Shown: positions 27,162 to 38,523, counted from the stretch's first letter. The stretch: DNA of 64,000 nucleotides from Candidatus Latescibacterota bacterium (GCA_965197905.1 CBDAOB010000003.1:64001-128000), one strand, 5' to 3'. Notes: a model not told the origin generated them from the letters alone. Numbers and translations are program-made.

Positions 27162-29018
27162 TCAACCGGTGGCCTCATCCTCTGTTTTCCTCGTCCTGTT
27201 CCGCATATCGAGATAACCTTCGAGCATGGTCAGAGCGATCGACTCGGCATAGGAATAGATGCGGCGCAGGTAGTCTACGAGGTCGAGATGAATCTCGCTG
27301 CTTTCTAGCGATTCCTGCCGTTCGGCGCTCAGTCGTTGGTAATGGGTTATGCGATAGGTTCGGTGCTGAATAACCAGTTCCGGTTTTGCGCGCACAACTT
27401 CCCGTGCACGATTTCCGTCGTTTTCTTCGAACGCTGTCATGGCCGTGTCGTAAGCGGACAGCACGTTCTGGTGAAGTGTTAGGAGCTCGTCCCTGCCCTC
27501 TTCCGAAAAACCGATATTGCCTTGGGCCTTCTTCTGCAACAGAGGGCTCAGGTCCTTCTTGATCAGATCGCCGATATGCTTCAGATCGGTCGAGACATCC
27601 ATTAGCTGAGTAGCGAACTCCGACTGTTGCTGGTTGAGATTTCTGCGGGAGATCTGAATGAGGTAGTCGTTTATCTGGGCGCTGATGTGAACGACCTCAG
27701 CTTCCCGTTCAGACACCCTGGCATGCAACGAGAGGTCGTTCTGTACGAAGCAGGTCATGATATTTTCGATCATTTCGCGCACCAATCGCCCCACGCGGAG
27801 GATTTCTCCCCGGGTCTGTTCGAGAGCGATCGAGGGCACCGTCAGGAGATCGGGATCCAGGTGAACAGCGGTCCACTCCAGTGGGGCGCCCGATTCCACA
27901 ATCCGTGGTGCGACTTGATCGGGAACCAGCTTTTCGACCAGACGTGCGAATTGTGCGCCGAACGGCAACAGCAGCAAGGTGTTGGCGATGTTGAATATGG
28001 TGTGGGCGTTGGCGATCTGACGGGGCGTCTCGGCTGCGAGTTTCTCAGTCCCGGAAAGCCCGGCAGTCTCTGGCGACACGTTCAAAACGAGGGCCGCTAG
28101 ATGGTCGATAAACCAGACCCATATCAGGACTCCCGCAACATTGAAGAGGACGTGGATAAGGCTGGCTCGCAGTGCCTCCCGCGGCTTGCCTATGGATGCG
28201 AGCATAGCGGTAACGCAGGTACCGATGTTGGCCCCGAAAATAAGAGCGATTCCCGCCTCCAGAGAAATCAGCCCTTGGCCAGCCATGGCAATCACCACGC
28301 CGGTGGTGGCCGAGGACGACTGAACGAGGCCGGTAAATGCCGCGGCCACTAGAATACCTAAGGCCGGGGTCTCCATGCGCACCATCAAATCCAGGAACGG
28401 ACCGTAGGTGCGCAGCGGTTTCATGGCACTGCTCATCAGACTCATACCGAAGAACACCAGGCCCAATCCCATAAGCATGGCCCCGTATTGGCGCACGGTG
28501 TCTTTGCGGGAGATGAAGAGCATGGCGAAACCGACGGCGATCATCAGCAGAGCCACCTTGGTCACTTTGAAGGCGATTATTTGCGCTGTCAGGGTCGTGC
28601 CGATATTGGCTCCGAATATGATTCCAACCGCCTGAGAGACCGAGAGGATGCCAGCCGTAATGAATCCGACAGTCAAGACCGTGGTGACCGAGGAAGATTG
28701 AATAATCGCGGTTACTATAGCACCGGTGATCGCCCCCATAAAGCGGTTGGTAGTGAGGCGGGCTAGGATATCCTTGAGCCGGTCTGCAGCCAGCGCCTTG
28801 AGGGCGTCTGACATCTGCTCCATGCCGAAGAGGAACAGGGCCAGTCCACCCAGAAGTCCCATACCCATGGTCCAAAGATCGAGATCGGTGGACCCACCCA
28901 ACGAGGAATTCGTGGAACCGCTCGCCGCAAAGACCTTGGCTACGAGCATCAGCACTGCCACCAACGATAAGGCTAGGGCCATTCTGGCCCCTCCGAAAAA
29001 TCTGGTCATAATCCTCAT
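27162..29018 (-). CDS. Na+/phosphate cotransporter (NptA/PNaS) with C-terminal PhoU-like domain
   Basis: Two QSSS motifs, GANIGT twice, IANAHTIFN. Confidence 0.92.
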   Translation of the reverse strand: MRIMTRFFGGARMALALSLVAVLMLVAKVFAASGSTNSSLGGSTDLDLWTMGMGLLGGLALFLFGMEQMSDALKALAADRLKDILARLTTNRFMGAITGAIVTAIIQSSSVTTVLTVGFITAGILSVSQAVGIIFGANIGTTLTAQIIAFKVTKVALLMIAVGFAMLFISRKDTVRQYGAMLMGLGLVFFGMSLMSSAMKPLRTYGPFLDLMVRMETPALGILVAAAFTGLVQSSSATTGVVIAMAGQGLISLEAGIALIFGANIGTCVTAMLASIGKPREALRASLIHVLFNVAGVLIWVWFIDHLAALVLNVSPETAGLSGTEKLAAETPRQIANAHTIFNIANTLLLLPFGAQFARLVEKLVPDQVAPRIVESGAPLEWTAVHLDPDLLTVPSIALEQTRGEILRVGRLVREMIENIMTCFVQNDLSLHARVSEREAEVVHISAQINDYLIQISRRNLNQQQSEFATQLMDVSTDLKHIGDLIKKDLSPLLQKKAQGNIGFSEEGRDELLTLHQNVLSAYDTAMTAFEENDGNRAREVVRAKPELVIQHRTYRITHYQRLSAERQESLESSEIHLDLVDYLRRIYSYAESIALTMLEGYLDMRNRTRKTEDEATG

Positions 29019-29032
29019 GCGATCATCTCACT

Positions 29033-29476
29033 TCAACGGTTGGTCGAGCTCCGAACTGCGAGCACCGGGCACTGGCAGGCGCGCAGAACCCGATCGGTCA
29101 CGCTCCCGATCATGAGTCGTTTCAGGCCACTGTGCCCCTGGGTTCCGAGCACGATCAAATCAACCTTCTCCTTTTCCGCAACGCGAACAATCTGCTCGGC
29201 AGGCAGGCCGGGCACGATATGGGCATCGAATTTCTCCCACTTCTTCAGGTGTTTTCCAACAAATTCGGACATCATGGAGGAAGCCGCCTCTTCCATATTT
29301 CGCAACACCTTGCGTCCTGCCTTTTTCGAAGCGTAAAATCCCGGAGCATCCGCGGGGTCGTGGAGTACGTGCAGCAAAAGCAGATGTGCATCGAAAGGCA
29401 ATGCCCACTTGAGAGCTTCCCGGAGGGCTTCAATCGATCCCGGCGAAAAATCGATAGCTACAAGCATCTTTTTCAT
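29033..29476 (-). CDS. Universal stress protein
   Basis: LVAIDFS, DLIVLGTQG, GSVTDRV, CPVL. Confidence 0.92.
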   Translation of the reverse strand: MKKMLVAIDFSPGSIEALREALKWALPFDAHLLLLHVLHDPADAPGFYASKKAGRKVLRNMEEAASSMMSEFVGKHLKKWEKFDAHIVPGLPAEQIVRVAEKEKVDLIVLGTQGHSGLKRLMIGSVTDRVLRACQCPVLAVRSSTNR

Positions 29477-29721
29477 GTTGGGTACTCCGTAGAATGGGTT
29501 CCGTCTGATTTTAGTTTGATCTTGGGACGCTGAGGCCGAGGTGTGCCACTGCGGACGTCGACCTGGGCCTCAGAAGATGATCATTCCTTCCAGGTAATGA
29601 TAGCGCGGTATATCTTACCCAACCAAATAATCACCTGTTCTGACCGTGGTTTTTCCGATCACGGACGCCCGCTCTGATTCGCGGTTGGAGCTATGGACAT
29701 TCTAATGACGGAAACGGAACA

Positions 29722-30828
29722 ATGAAAACCTATGAAGATCTTGGAGTTACGACCTTCGTAAACGCAAGCGGTACCATAACGACTCTGGGCGGGAGCTTGA
29801 TGCGGCCGGAAGTGCTGGAGACAATGGCCGAAGCCGCGCGGTCCTACGTTGATCTCTTCGAGTTGAATCAGAAGGCGGGCGATTACCTGGCGCGGCGCAT
29901 CGGCGTAGATGCCGCCCACATCTCGTGTGGCGCTGCGAGCGGCATGCAACTGGTGGCGGCCGCTTGTCTCACCGGTTCCGATCCGGAGAAGGTCCGTCTC
30001 CTGCCTCACACAAGAGGCTGGCGCAACCAGTTCGTGATCAGCATGGTGGATTCTCATTTCTACATCCACCAGGGAATCGAGATGTGCGGGGGCAAGCTGG
30101 TGGGTGTGGGCAGCAGGACGCGCATCACCACCGAAGACATTCTGGGCGGCATTGGATCAAGAACAGCGGCTATTGTGCATTTCTTGGGCAAGCAGAGCCG
30201 GGTACAACTGGAAGAGGTGGTCGCCGGCGCCACCCAACACCAAGTTCCCGTGATCGTGGACGCGGCCGCGCAACTGCCTCCACGCTCGAACCTGGTAGAG
30301 ATATTGGAGATCGGAGTCGACGCCGTGGTCTTCAGCGGCGGCAAGGGGATGCGAGGTCCACAAACCACGGGACTCGTGCTCGGAAAAAAAGCGGTGGTCG
30401 ACGGGGTGCGCTTGAACGCCAGCCCGTACAGCGCCATCGGTCGGGGTATGAAGGTGGGCAAGGAAGAGATCATGGGTTTGGTACAGGCCGTAGACCTGTT
30501 TCTTGCCGGCAGCGATGCCGAAGACTGGGCTCGCTGGAAGCGGCAGGCGGACACTGTAGCTGCCGCGGTGGATGGGATCACAGGTCTAAACGCCCGCATG
30601 GTTGATCGAGGCCAACGCCTGTCCCCGGATGTTCCGCGATTACTCATCCAGAGTGGAGATAACCGCCGATTGGACGGAGCGATTCGCCACCTGCGTGGCG
30701 GTGAACCCTCTATCGTGGTCTATCGCGATGCGAACGGAATTGTGTTGGATTTCATGACCCTTCAGCCGGGCGAAGAAACTCTCCTCGCCGAAAAGCTCGT
30801 GCAGAGCCTCACGACTGAAGGAGCTTGA
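29722..30828 (+). CDS. SelA-like PLP-dependent enzyme (DgaE-like)
   Basis: NASGTITTLGGS, VDAAAQ, FSGGKGMRGPQ, GRGMKVGKEE. Confidence 0.85.
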   Translation: MKTYEDLGVTTFVNASGTITTLGGSLMRPEVLETMAEAARSYVDLFELNQKAGDYLARRIGVDAAHISCGAASGMQLVAAACLTGSDPEKVRLLPHTRGWRNQFVISMVDSHFYIHQGIEMCGGKLVGVGSRTRITTEDILGGIGSRTAAIVHFLGKQSRVQLEEVVAGATQHQVPVIVDAAAQLPPRSNLVEILEIGVDAVVFSGGKGMRGPQTTGLVLGKKAVVDGVRLNASPYSAIGRGMKVGKEEIMGLVQAVDLFLAGSDAEDWARWKRQADTVAAAVDGITGLNARMVDRGQRLSPDVPRLLIQSGDNRRLDGAIRHLRGGEPSIVVYRDANGIVLDFMTLQPGEETLLAEKLVQSLTTEGA

Positions 30829-30866
30829 TCGCGCTGCCGCAGGAAGACAGAAACCCGTTCCCACCC

Positions 30867-31670
30867 TTAAGACACGGTAACCTCTCCCACAGGTCGTGTT
30901 CCGGATTCATAGGTCGGACGCCAGCGGTCGAAAGCCAGGGATTCCTCCTCGTTCAGCCCGCAGAGCCAGTTCCACGTACGAATCCGCCGACGGGTATCCC
31001 GGTAGGATTCTATGGCACTTGTGTACGGACAAGCAGGGCGATCGACGTATTCGGGTATCTCCTCCGACTCGATCAACCAATCGCGCTCTGGTGGGGATTG
31101 GCGGTGAAAAGAAAACTTGATCATGCTGCGGCGGTTCGAACTGAGCTTCGGACCTGCCCTGTGCCAAATGCCGTAACGGGTTAGAACTACCGTGCCCGCT
31201 TTTACAACAAGCGGTAGCTGGCCGGCGAGATCGCCATAATGGGCGATGGCGTCGCGGTTCACGGCGCGGCAGTGGGAGCCGGGCAGGACTATGGTAGGTC
31301 CATCTTCGAGGTTTACGTCGAGAGGATAGTAATAACATTGAATCTCCCGGAATTCGTAACCGGAGCCGGAGACTCCATCTGAATGCCAGTGCTGTCCCAC
31401 AAACGGTTTTTCGAAGAGATGATGGTGCCCTCCGGTCGGCATCAGAAAATTCTTGCCGAGAAGCGACCGAACCACGCCGCCTACTTCCGATTGCAGCAAT
31501 ACCTCCCGGACAAATGCGAGCGAACCGACCAACTCTTTTGCCGGGCCGGCCTTTGCAGTACTGCACTCTCGATTAAAGGCGTCATCCACAACGGCATCGA
31601 GTACCACGTAGCCGTTCGCGACGAAGTCCATCACCTCATCATCGTTCATCGAGGGTTGTATATCAGCCAT
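30867..31670 (-). CDS. Phytanoyl-CoA dioxygenase family protein
   Basis: WHSD, LPGSH, IWHR. Confidence 0.85.
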   Translation of the reverse strand: MADIQPSMNDDEVMDFVANGYVVLDAVVDDAFNRECSTAKAGPAKELVGSLAFVREVLLQSEVGGVVRSLLGKNFLMPTGGHHHLFEKPFVGQHWHSDGVSGSGYEFREIQCYYYPLDVNLEDGPTIVLPGSHCRAVNRDAIAHYGDLAGQLPLVVKAGTVVLTRYGIWHRAGPKLSSNRRSMIKFSFHRQSPPERDWLIESEEIPEYVDRPACPYTSAIESYRDTRRRIRTWNWLCGLNEEESLAFDRWRPTYESGTRPVGEVTVS

Positions 31671-31684
31671 AAGAAAGGGCCTCC

Positions 31685-32041
31685 CTACACCCATTTTTGC
31701 AGAATATAATCGAAGCCGACATAGTCATTACCGAGGTCTTTGTATTCATACATTTTGGAAACGGGAAATTGCACCACCTGCCAGCCGTCAGCCATCGCAT
31801 CGAGCACCGATCTGTAAGGGGGTTCGTCCGACGGTAACGTCGGTTCGTGATCTTTCGTGGGGTCATAGAAAACCCAACCAACGATCCCTGACCGCAGGTT
31901 GGTCGATCCCGCGGTCAAGTACAAAAGCAGTTGTCGGGGCGTCGTTACCAGGTCCTCCAACTGGTCAAGGTCTGACGTTGCCAGTGGTCCAGTCTCCAGC
32001 TTCGCCCGACTCGCTGTGATCCATTGCGCAATGGCGCTCAT
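31685..32041 (-). CDS. Hypothetical protein co-transcribed with the PhyH gene
   Basis: 118 aa; PPYRSVLDAMADGWQVVQFP; GGAG RBS. Confidence 0.7.
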   Translation of the reverse strand: MSAIAQWITASRAKLETGPLATSDLDQLEDLVTTPRQLLLYLTAGSTNLRSGIVGWVFYDPTKDHEPTLPSDEPPYRSVLDAMADGWQVVQFPVSKMYEYKDLGNDYVGFDYILQKWV

Positions 32042-32311
32042 GACGGGGTACTCCGATTCACGGGTGGTAGTTTTCTCATGAGGATGCTTTGTTGACATGG
32101 TAGCAGGAGAGACTCGAGCAGGCAAGTGCAATGTTCGTTCAGGTTGTCTCGTCTCAGCGATACTTACTCTCGCTCCAGTTCTCGATTATTATGAGTTAGA
32201 ATGAACGACACTTAAGACGCGAAGCAAAAGGGCCGACATGGCGCGTTTGTCGGTGGTCTTCCAGCTGCCGACGAGGCAGTCTGGGCGCATGACCGAACGG
32301 TATCGAGGGCT

Positions 32312-33823
32312 ATGACTCAATACGTTGCCGCCATCGACCAGGGCACGACTAGCACTCGTTGCATGCTGTTCGGTCATGCCGGCAAAATAGCTGGCAGCCA
32401 TCAGCTCGAGCACCGGCAGATCTATCCACAACCCGGTTGGGTGGAGCACGACGCGCTCGAAATCTGGACCAACACGCAGAAGGTTGTTACACAGGCGCTC
32501 TTGCAGGCCAGTGCCTCCGCCGTAGACATCGCAGCCGTGGGCATAGCCAATCAACGAGAAACCACCGTGGTCTGGAATCGTGGAACGGGCCAACCGTATT
32601 ACAACGCACTAGTGTGGCAGGATACGAGAACAGACCAGATTTGCGATGAGTTAGCGCGACAGGGCGGACAAGATCGCTTCAGGCTCCGGACGGGATTGCC
32701 TTTGGCGACCTACTTCTCGGGACCCAAGATAAAGTGGCTGCTGGACAATGTTGAAGCACTGCGCTCGGCCGCCGAACGTGGAGAAGTGCTTTTCGGCACC
32801 CTGGACACCTGGCTGGCATGGAACCTTACCGGCGGCGCGGACGGCGGCGTTCACGTGACCGACGTTACCAATGCCTCTCGCACCATGCTCATGAATCTCG
32901 AGGGAGCAAGTTGGGACGAGGACCTCCTGGAAGCCATGACGATACCGAAATCCATCCTGCCCGAGATCCGCCCCTCCAGTGACCCCAGGATTTACGGCCG
33001 GACTAGGAGCGATGGTCCCTTCGGTGGAACCATACCTCTATGCGGCATACTCGGGGATCAGCATGCGGCAATGGTAGGCCAGGCCTGCTTGAGCCCGGGA
33101 GAAGCCAAGAACACCTACGGAACCGGGTGTTTTATGATGCTCAACACCGGCGCGGACATCGTTCCCTCCAAACATGGGCTGTTGACCACCGTCTGCTACA
33201 AGTTCGGTGACGAACCAACCATTTATGCTTTGGAGGGTTCCATTGCGGTCAGTGGGGCTTTGGTGCACTGGCTGCGGGACAATTTGGGCATCATTCGATC
33301 AGCGGCCGAGGTTGAGGATCTGGCCCGAACGGTTGATGACAATGGCGGTGTCTACTTCGTGCCCGCTTTCTCCGGTCTCTTCGCTCCCCACTGGAACAGC
33401 GGTGCCCGTGGAGTCATCGCCGGATTGACCGGCTTTGTCAACAACGGGCATCTCGCCCGGGCCGCATTAGAAGCAACCGCATTCCAGACTCGCGAGGTGC
33501 TCGACGCGATGAACGCCGACTCCGGAGTGGATCTCACCGCGTTGAAGGTAGACGGTGGGATGGTATTCAACGATCTATTGATGCAGTTTCAAGCAGATGT
33601 ATTGGACGTTCCGGTTATTCGCCCACGAGTTACCGAGACAACCGTCCTGGGTGCCGCGTATGCGGCGGGACTGGCGGTTGGTTTCTGGAAAAACACGGAC
33701 GAGTTGCGCAACAATTGGGGTGTGGACAAAACCTGGCGTCCGGTGGCAGATGACGCAGCCCGCACAACACTCTATCACCAGTGGAACAAAGCGGTAACCC
33801 GCACGTTCGATTGGATAGAATGA
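32312..33823 (+). CDS. glpK: Glycerol kinase
   Basis: [46 protein letters not shown]. Confidence 0.97.
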   Translation: MTQYVAAIDQGTTSTRCMLFGHAGKIAGSHQLEHRQIYPQPGWVEHDALEIWTNTQKVVTQALLQASASAVDIAAVGIANQRETTVVWNRGTGQPYYNALVWQDTRTDQICDELARQGGQDRFRLRTGLPLATYFSGPKIKWLLDNVEALRSAAERGEVLFGTLDTWLAWNLTGGADGGVHVTDVTNASRTMLMNLEGASWDEDLLEAMTIPKSILPEIRPSSDPRIYGRTRSDGPFGGTIPLCGILGDQHAAMVGQACLSPGEAKNTYGTGCFMMLNTGADIVPSKHGLLTTVCYKFGDEPTIYALEGSIAVSGALVHWLRDNLGIIRSAAEVEDLARTVDDNGGVYFVPAFSGLFAPHWNSGARGVIAGLTGFVNNGHLARAALEATAFQTREVLDAMNADSGVDLTALKVDGGMVFNDLLMQFQADVLDVPVIRPRVTETTVLGAAYAAGLAVGFWKNTDELRNNWGVDKTWRPVADDAARTTLYHQWNKAVTRTFDWIE

Positions 33824-33876
33824 ACACGCACAGGTAATCGACGGAGGGCAACGTGATACCGAAAGGGGGGAACAGC

Positions 33877-34308
33877 ATGTCGGAGCCAAACAAAGAAAGC
33901 TGCAAAGTGGTTCGTTCGGAAGGAACCTACAGGGGGAAACAGGATTTCACCTATTTTGCGGGAATCTCGGCAGAAAATACCGGAGCTCGGGGAATCTGTA
34001 TGCATCTGTTGACGATCCCTCCGGGTCAACGGGCCAAGGCTCACCTCCATGAGAGCCATGAAACAGCGATTTACATCATTGATGGCGTAGGTGATATGTG
34101 GTATGGTGAGGACCTGGCTGATCACCTGGTGGTCAAGGCCGGCGAGTACCTTTACATACCTGCCGGGATGCCCCACCTGCCGTACAACGCCAGCGAGACC
34201 GAGCCCTGTACCGCGGTTATTGCTCGGACTGATCCCAACGAACAAGAAAGTGTGGTACTGTTGCCCGAATTGGATCAGCTGCACTCATCAGGAGAAACGT
34301 CATGTTAG
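33877..34308 (+). CDS. Cupin domain protein
   Basis: AHLHESHETAIY, PHLPYN, RTDPNEQESV. Confidence 0.88.
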   Translation: MSEPNKESCKVVRSEGTYRGKQDFTYFAGISAENTGARGICMHLLTIPPGQRAKAHLHESHETAIYIIDGVGDMWYGEDLADHLVVKAGEYLYIPAGMPHLPYNASETEPCTAVIARTDPNEQESVVLLPELDQLHSSGETSC

Positions 34309-34673
34309 CTTCGATGAATCGCGTCATCGTTTTTGTCGGCGACGTCGAAAAGTGCGCGGAATTCTATCGCGATACCTTCGACTTGTCCCCAATAGAGAGC
34401 ACACACGCGCCCAAACAATGGCTGGAACTGGATGCCGGCGGGTGCCGTTTGGCCTTCCACAAAGCGCACGGATCCGACGGTCCCGTCGACGGACCGACCG
34501 GCGGTCCGCAAAACCCCCACAAGATCGTGTTCCAGGCCGATGATGTAGCGGCGACGCGAGAAGTGCTCATTGAGCGAGGGGCTGCAATGGACGCCGTCCA
34601 AAGCTTCGGTGATCTGGTGATGTGCGATGGCGCGGATCCTGAAGGCCATCGGTTCCAGATCGCGAATCGCTAG
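34302..34673 (+). CDS. VOC/glyoxalase family protein
   Basis: FVGDV..FYRDTF; DPEGHRFQI. Confidence 0.85.
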   Translation: MLASMNRVIVFVGDVEKCAEFYRDTFDLSPIESTHAPKQWLELDAGGCRLAFHKAHGSDGPVDGPTGGPQNPHKIVFQADDVAATREVLIERGAAMDAVQSFGDLVMCDGADPEGHRFQIANR

Positions 34674-34706
34674 GGAAGAGACGCGCCTCTTCGAGCCGAG
34701 AATTCC

Positions 34707-35582
34707 ATGGATTCCACTTGCCTCCAGTACTGCATGACCGATGAGCAACGGAACATCTTCGATCAGGAAGGGTATCTAATCGTCGAAGATGCGTTGGATG
34801 CAGAGTTCATCCAGCGCCTGATCGAAGCCGGCGATCGGGTGGATCGGCGGGAACGCCAGAGTCAGGGTCTCGATGCCGACAAGCTGCTGTCCAAGTTTCG
34901 CACTATCGTAGAAGACGAGGTTTTTCTAGAGCTGCTCGACTGGCCAAAGACCTTCCCATTGATCTGGGACATTCTCGGCTGGAATGTCCAACATTACATT
35001 TCCCATCTGATCTACTACCCCCCCGAGCAGGATGACGAATCAGCCCCACCCGGTGTATGGCATCAAGACGGCGGCCGGCCCGTCCCTGAAATGGAACGGC
35101 CGCACCCGCGTCTGTCGCTGAAGATCGGATTCTGGCTGACAGACATCAACGACCCGGATCGTGGCGGTATCCGCATCGTTCCCTCGAGTCACAAACGTGA
35201 CGAGGTTCCCGAACGACAACCGGATGTCGAGCCGGAGGGGATGTTGCAGCTGCCGGTGAAAGCGGGAACCGCGGTGCTGTTCGACCGACGAATGTGGCAT
35301 TCGCGCGGCATCAACACATCGAATAGTACGCGTAAGGTACTGTTTCTGGGCTACAGCTACCGTTGGCTGCGCGGGCTCGATTACAACCTCATACCGGAAG
35401 AAATCCTGGAGAAATGCGACCCCATCCGTCGACAGCTGCTGGGCGATGGCGTCGACGTGAAGGGTTGGTGGCAGCCCACCGACGACGACGTCCCACTCAA
35501 AGGGTGGCTGCTGGAGCACAAGGGAGAGGCGTACGTCGAACGGATATCGGAAAAGCAGTGGGAACGGGATAAGTGGGCGTAA
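34707..35582 (+). CDS. Phytanoyl-CoA dioxygenase family protein
   Basis: WHQDG, VPSSH, MWHSR. Confidence 0.88.
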   Translation: MDSTCLQYCMTDEQRNIFDQEGYLIVEDALDAEFIQRLIEAGDRVDRRERQSQGLDADKLLSKFRTIVEDEVFLELLDWPKTFPLIWDILGWNVQHYISHLIYYPPEQDDESAPPGVWHQDGGRPVPEMERPHPRLSLKIGFWLTDINDPDRGGIRIVPSSHKRDEVPERQPDVEPEGMLQLPVKAGTAVLFDRRMWHSRGINTSNSTRKVLFLGYSYRWLRGLDYNLIPEEILEKCDPIRRQLLGDGVDVKGWWQPTDDDVPLKGWLLEHKGEAYVERISEKQWERDKWA

Positions 35583-35589
35583 TAGACCC

Positions 35590-36369
35590 ATGCTGACCAC
35601 GGAACAGATCAGCTTCTTCGAGACCTTTGGTTTCCTTTGCCTGCGACAGCTCTTTTCGTCGGCGGAGATGGCAGACTTCACCCGCGAATTTGAGGAGCTG
35701 ATGAAGGTCAATCCGGGCGTGAGGACCGGGCCTACGCACCAGGCCGTTTCGCCTTTCGTGGAGTTGGGTCCTACGCTGACCCGGCTCCCGGAAGATGACC
35801 GCATTTATTTGCCCATGGAGCAGCTCCTGGGTTCGGAGTTTATCTGGGGGGGCTCAGAAGGGGTGTCGGGCACTTTCAACGAGACCAACAATCACAATTG
35901 GCATTGCGATCGTGCTGGCCAGATTGATCTGCAGTATACCCGCATCAAGATCATGATCTATCTACAGCCGATGGGGAAAGAGACTGGAGCGTTGCGGGTC
36001 ATTCCCGGTTCCCACCACGCCAAATTTCACCGCGGTTTGCTGCCGCTTCACGACCAGCACGAGGAAACATGCCCGGGCGCCTTCGGTGTCGACGGTCCCG
36101 ATCTATGCTGCCATGCGCTCGAAGTCGATCCGGGGGATGTGGTTGTGTTTAACCACTATCTCTTCCATGCGGTCTACGGAAAACAGGAGGGGCGTCGATA
36201 CGTCGCCTTGAAGTTTGCAGCGGAGCCAAAAAACGAGGCGGAGTACAACGCGTTACGGCCTAACCAACAGGATGCGTCACAGCTGGATGTGTCCTATCGC
36301 CACAGTGACCGGCCGCGAGTGCAGGGTATGGTGGCGAAGCTGTTGGAATGGGAAGCGAAACTGGGATAG
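35590..36369 (+). CDS. Phytanoyl-CoA dioxygenase family protein
   Basis: FFETFGFL, WHCD, IPGSH, LFHA. Confidence 0.88.
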   Translation: MLTTEQISFFETFGFLCLRQLFSSAEMADFTREFEELMKVNPGVRTGPTHQAVSPFVELGPTLTRLPEDDRIYLPMEQLLGSEFIWGGSEGVSGTFNETNNHNWHCDRAGQIDLQYTRIKIMIYLQPMGKETGALRVIPGSHHAKFHRGLLPLHDQHEETCPGAFGVDGPDLCCHALEVDPGDVVVFNHYLFHAVYGKQEGRRYVALKFAAEPKNEAEYNALRPNQQDASQLDVSYRHSDRPRVQGMVAKLLEWEAKLG

Positions 36370-36529
36370 TGCCCTGTATCGAAAATTGCCTGTATTAATT
36401 CGCCGATCCATCCCGACCTGCTGCGTTGCGCTCATTCGGCGTATTTCACCAATACGCCTCGATCGCGCGCCTTGCAGGCCGGGCGACTCGGCGCCTTCAT
36501 TTCACAAGCCTACTTCCGATACAGGGCAC
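36369..36529. repeat. MITE-like element, copy A (161 bp)
   Basis: TIR GTGCCCTGTATCG...CGATACAGGGCAC; central hairpin GGCGTATTTCACCAATACGCC; near-identical to 58294-58454. Confidence 0.85.
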
Positions 36530-38374
36530 TTAGTTGTCGTCCTCGCGCTCGCTCAACAAATCGCCGCGCTGTAGGCGCTCGGCATTTTCGCTCGACCAGA
36601 GGATATTCTTCATCACCTTCTGCGCGGTGATGTAGCGCGTGGCGGCCAGGAGATGGATCCGCTTTTCTTCCGGGTCGGTGCTCAGATCGAAATGGCGGAA
36701 CGCCACCTCCAGTACCTGGAACATGTGCAGCTCGGCGTCCTCCCTAAGCATGATGTGTCCGAGGGTGTGTCTGAGCTTCTGCAGGTCCCTTTCTTCAGCC
36801 AGGTATTGATTCACCAGGCTTTCCGCTTCGTACACCTTCTGGAAATCGGCGAACTCCTGCAAGCGGTCCAACATCGACTCGTCAGAGTCGAACGCCTCTT
36901 CCATCTTTTGTTCCGCTCGGGGCACGCGCGCTGCCGGCATGTTGAGCCAGCGCAAATAGGTGAGAAAGACAGCTCCGTGGAAAAGTCCCCTCAGCAGCTC
37001 CTTGCTGGCGGCATACTGGAAGGCGCAATACAGGGCGTGGCCATAGGAGTAAATGTTGGCGACGTCGTGCCAGTCCCCCTCGTTCTTTAGATGAAAACGC
37101 ACGGTGCGCACGGCGCCGGCGAAGGTCATGGCGCGACAGATCTGAATGGGCGGCACGCCGGCGCGAAGTTTCTTCTCCACCTGGACGAGGATCGGCTCGA
37201 ACTCATCCCCTAGCATCACCTGGGCAAATTCGGCGATATCCAGGGAAGCTTCATTTTCCTGGTTGTCGAGCCAGATCTCGTCCAGCCGGCCGAAGATCTC
37301 TTCCAGATGAGGACGGCTATCGGCCCAGCGCGAGGTTTCCTCGTGGCGGGTCCGTGTGACCAGGTCCACGACAATGGGTCGCAGGATTTCGTGAGCGCCC
37401 TGCCATTCCACGTACTCGAGGGCCTCGAACATCTTGTTGGCGAAATCCAGCGCGTGGCCATCCCCGGTGAAATAGAAATCGGTGGCGGAGCAGAAGACAA
37501 GATCGGCCAGTACCTCTCTGGAATGGCCCCGGTCGTAGAGGGTCAACAAGATGCGCTCGGCCGCGCCCTGGTGCCGCTGATCGACAAAGGTGCGGAACCA
37601 GCGCTTGAAGGTCCCCAGGTCCTGATCTTCGCTGGCCCGAGGGAAGGGGAAACGCTGGCGTCGCGAGCTACCGGAGGTGCGACGGGCAATCTGGGTGAGA
37701 CCGTGCACCAGAAACAGGTTCCTGTCCTTGGGTGCGATATCGTCCCACATATTAGCGGCCAGGGTGATGATCGCCACCCCCGAAGACCAGCCCTCGCTGG
37801 TCTTGTGGGCCCCGTAGTAGAGACCCTGCTGAATAATCTCATGGGCGGAAGCCCCCGCCTCTCGCAGCGCGGCGACAGCTTTGGCAATCAGAAACGAGCT
37901 GCGGTCTTTCAAACCTTGCTCAAGGGCCCGTTTGCCTCGGTCTATCAGGCGCCGGCGGGCCTCCTCTTTTTCGCCCGGTGACAGTCCTACGTAGACATAG
38001 CCGTCGTCTCGGACTTCCAGGGGAAAGCTTTTGAGATCGTCGCCCGAGGTGAGCAGACATCCGCCGGTGTTCAGATCGAATTCCCAATGGTGCCAATGGC
38101 AGATCAGCACGCCATCTCGTATGCTGCCCTTGGACATGGGGTATCCCATGTGCGGGCAGCGATTGTCGACGGCGTGGAACTTGCCTCGATAACGAAACAG
38201 GGCGATATGGTTGCCCTCGATGCTAAAGGGCTTGCCCACGTCCTCCTCCACTTCGTCGACCGGGCACAGTTTGTGGAAGACACAGTTCTCCGGGTCCATC
38301 ACCGGTTGGGAATAATCACCTAGTGAGAAGACCTCTCTGTCTGTGTGGTTGGTCGCCTGAGTCGTATCCGTCAT
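36530..38374 (-). CDS. Rieske [2Fe-2S] domain protein with long helical C-terminal region
   Basis: CPHMG...CHWHHWEF Rieske motifs; 614 aa. Confidence 0.85.
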   Translation of the reverse strand: MTDTTQATNHTDREVFSLGDYSQPVMDPENCVFHKLCPVDEVEEDVGKPFSIEGNHIALFRYRGKFHAVDNRCPHMGYPMSKGSIRDGVLICHWHHWEFDLNTGGCLLTSGDDLKSFPLEVRDDGYVYVGLSPGEKEEARRRLIDRGKRALEQGLKDRSSFLIAKAVAALREAGASAHEIIQQGLYYGAHKTSEGWSSGVAIITLAANMWDDIAPKDRNLFLVHGLTQIARRTSGSSRRQRFPFPRASEDQDLGTFKRWFRTFVDQRHQGAAERILLTLYDRGHSREVLADLVFCSATDFYFTGDGHALDFANKMFEALEYVEWQGAHEILRPIVVDLVTRTRHEETSRWADSRPHLEEIFGRLDEIWLDNQENEASLDIAEFAQVMLGDEFEPILVQVEKKLRAGVPPIQICRAMTFAGAVRTVRFHLKNEGDWHDVANIYSYGHALYCAFQYAASKELLRGLFHGAVFLTYLRWLNMPAARVPRAEQKMEEAFDSDESMLDRLQEFADFQKVYEAESLVNQYLAEERDLQKLRHTLGHIMLREDAELHMFQVLEVAFRHFDLSTDPEEKRIHLLAATRYITAQKVMKNILWSSENAERLQRGDLLSEREDDN

Positions 38375-38523
38375 GGTGGACTTGCCTGTGGGAGTGGTTT
38401 AACCACCACTGTATAGATTCGCGTGCAAAAATCAGTCGGGATTTGGCCTGAACTCGACTCTCTTGATAATACAGATTGACCGTGTGACCACAACTTGCTG
38501 CCCCGACGAGATCGACCAGAGAG

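Noticed and set aside
29722..30828. Calling the SelA-like gene selA (selenocysteine synthase)
   Set aside because: Shorter DgaE-like form; no selB, selC or selD in the window
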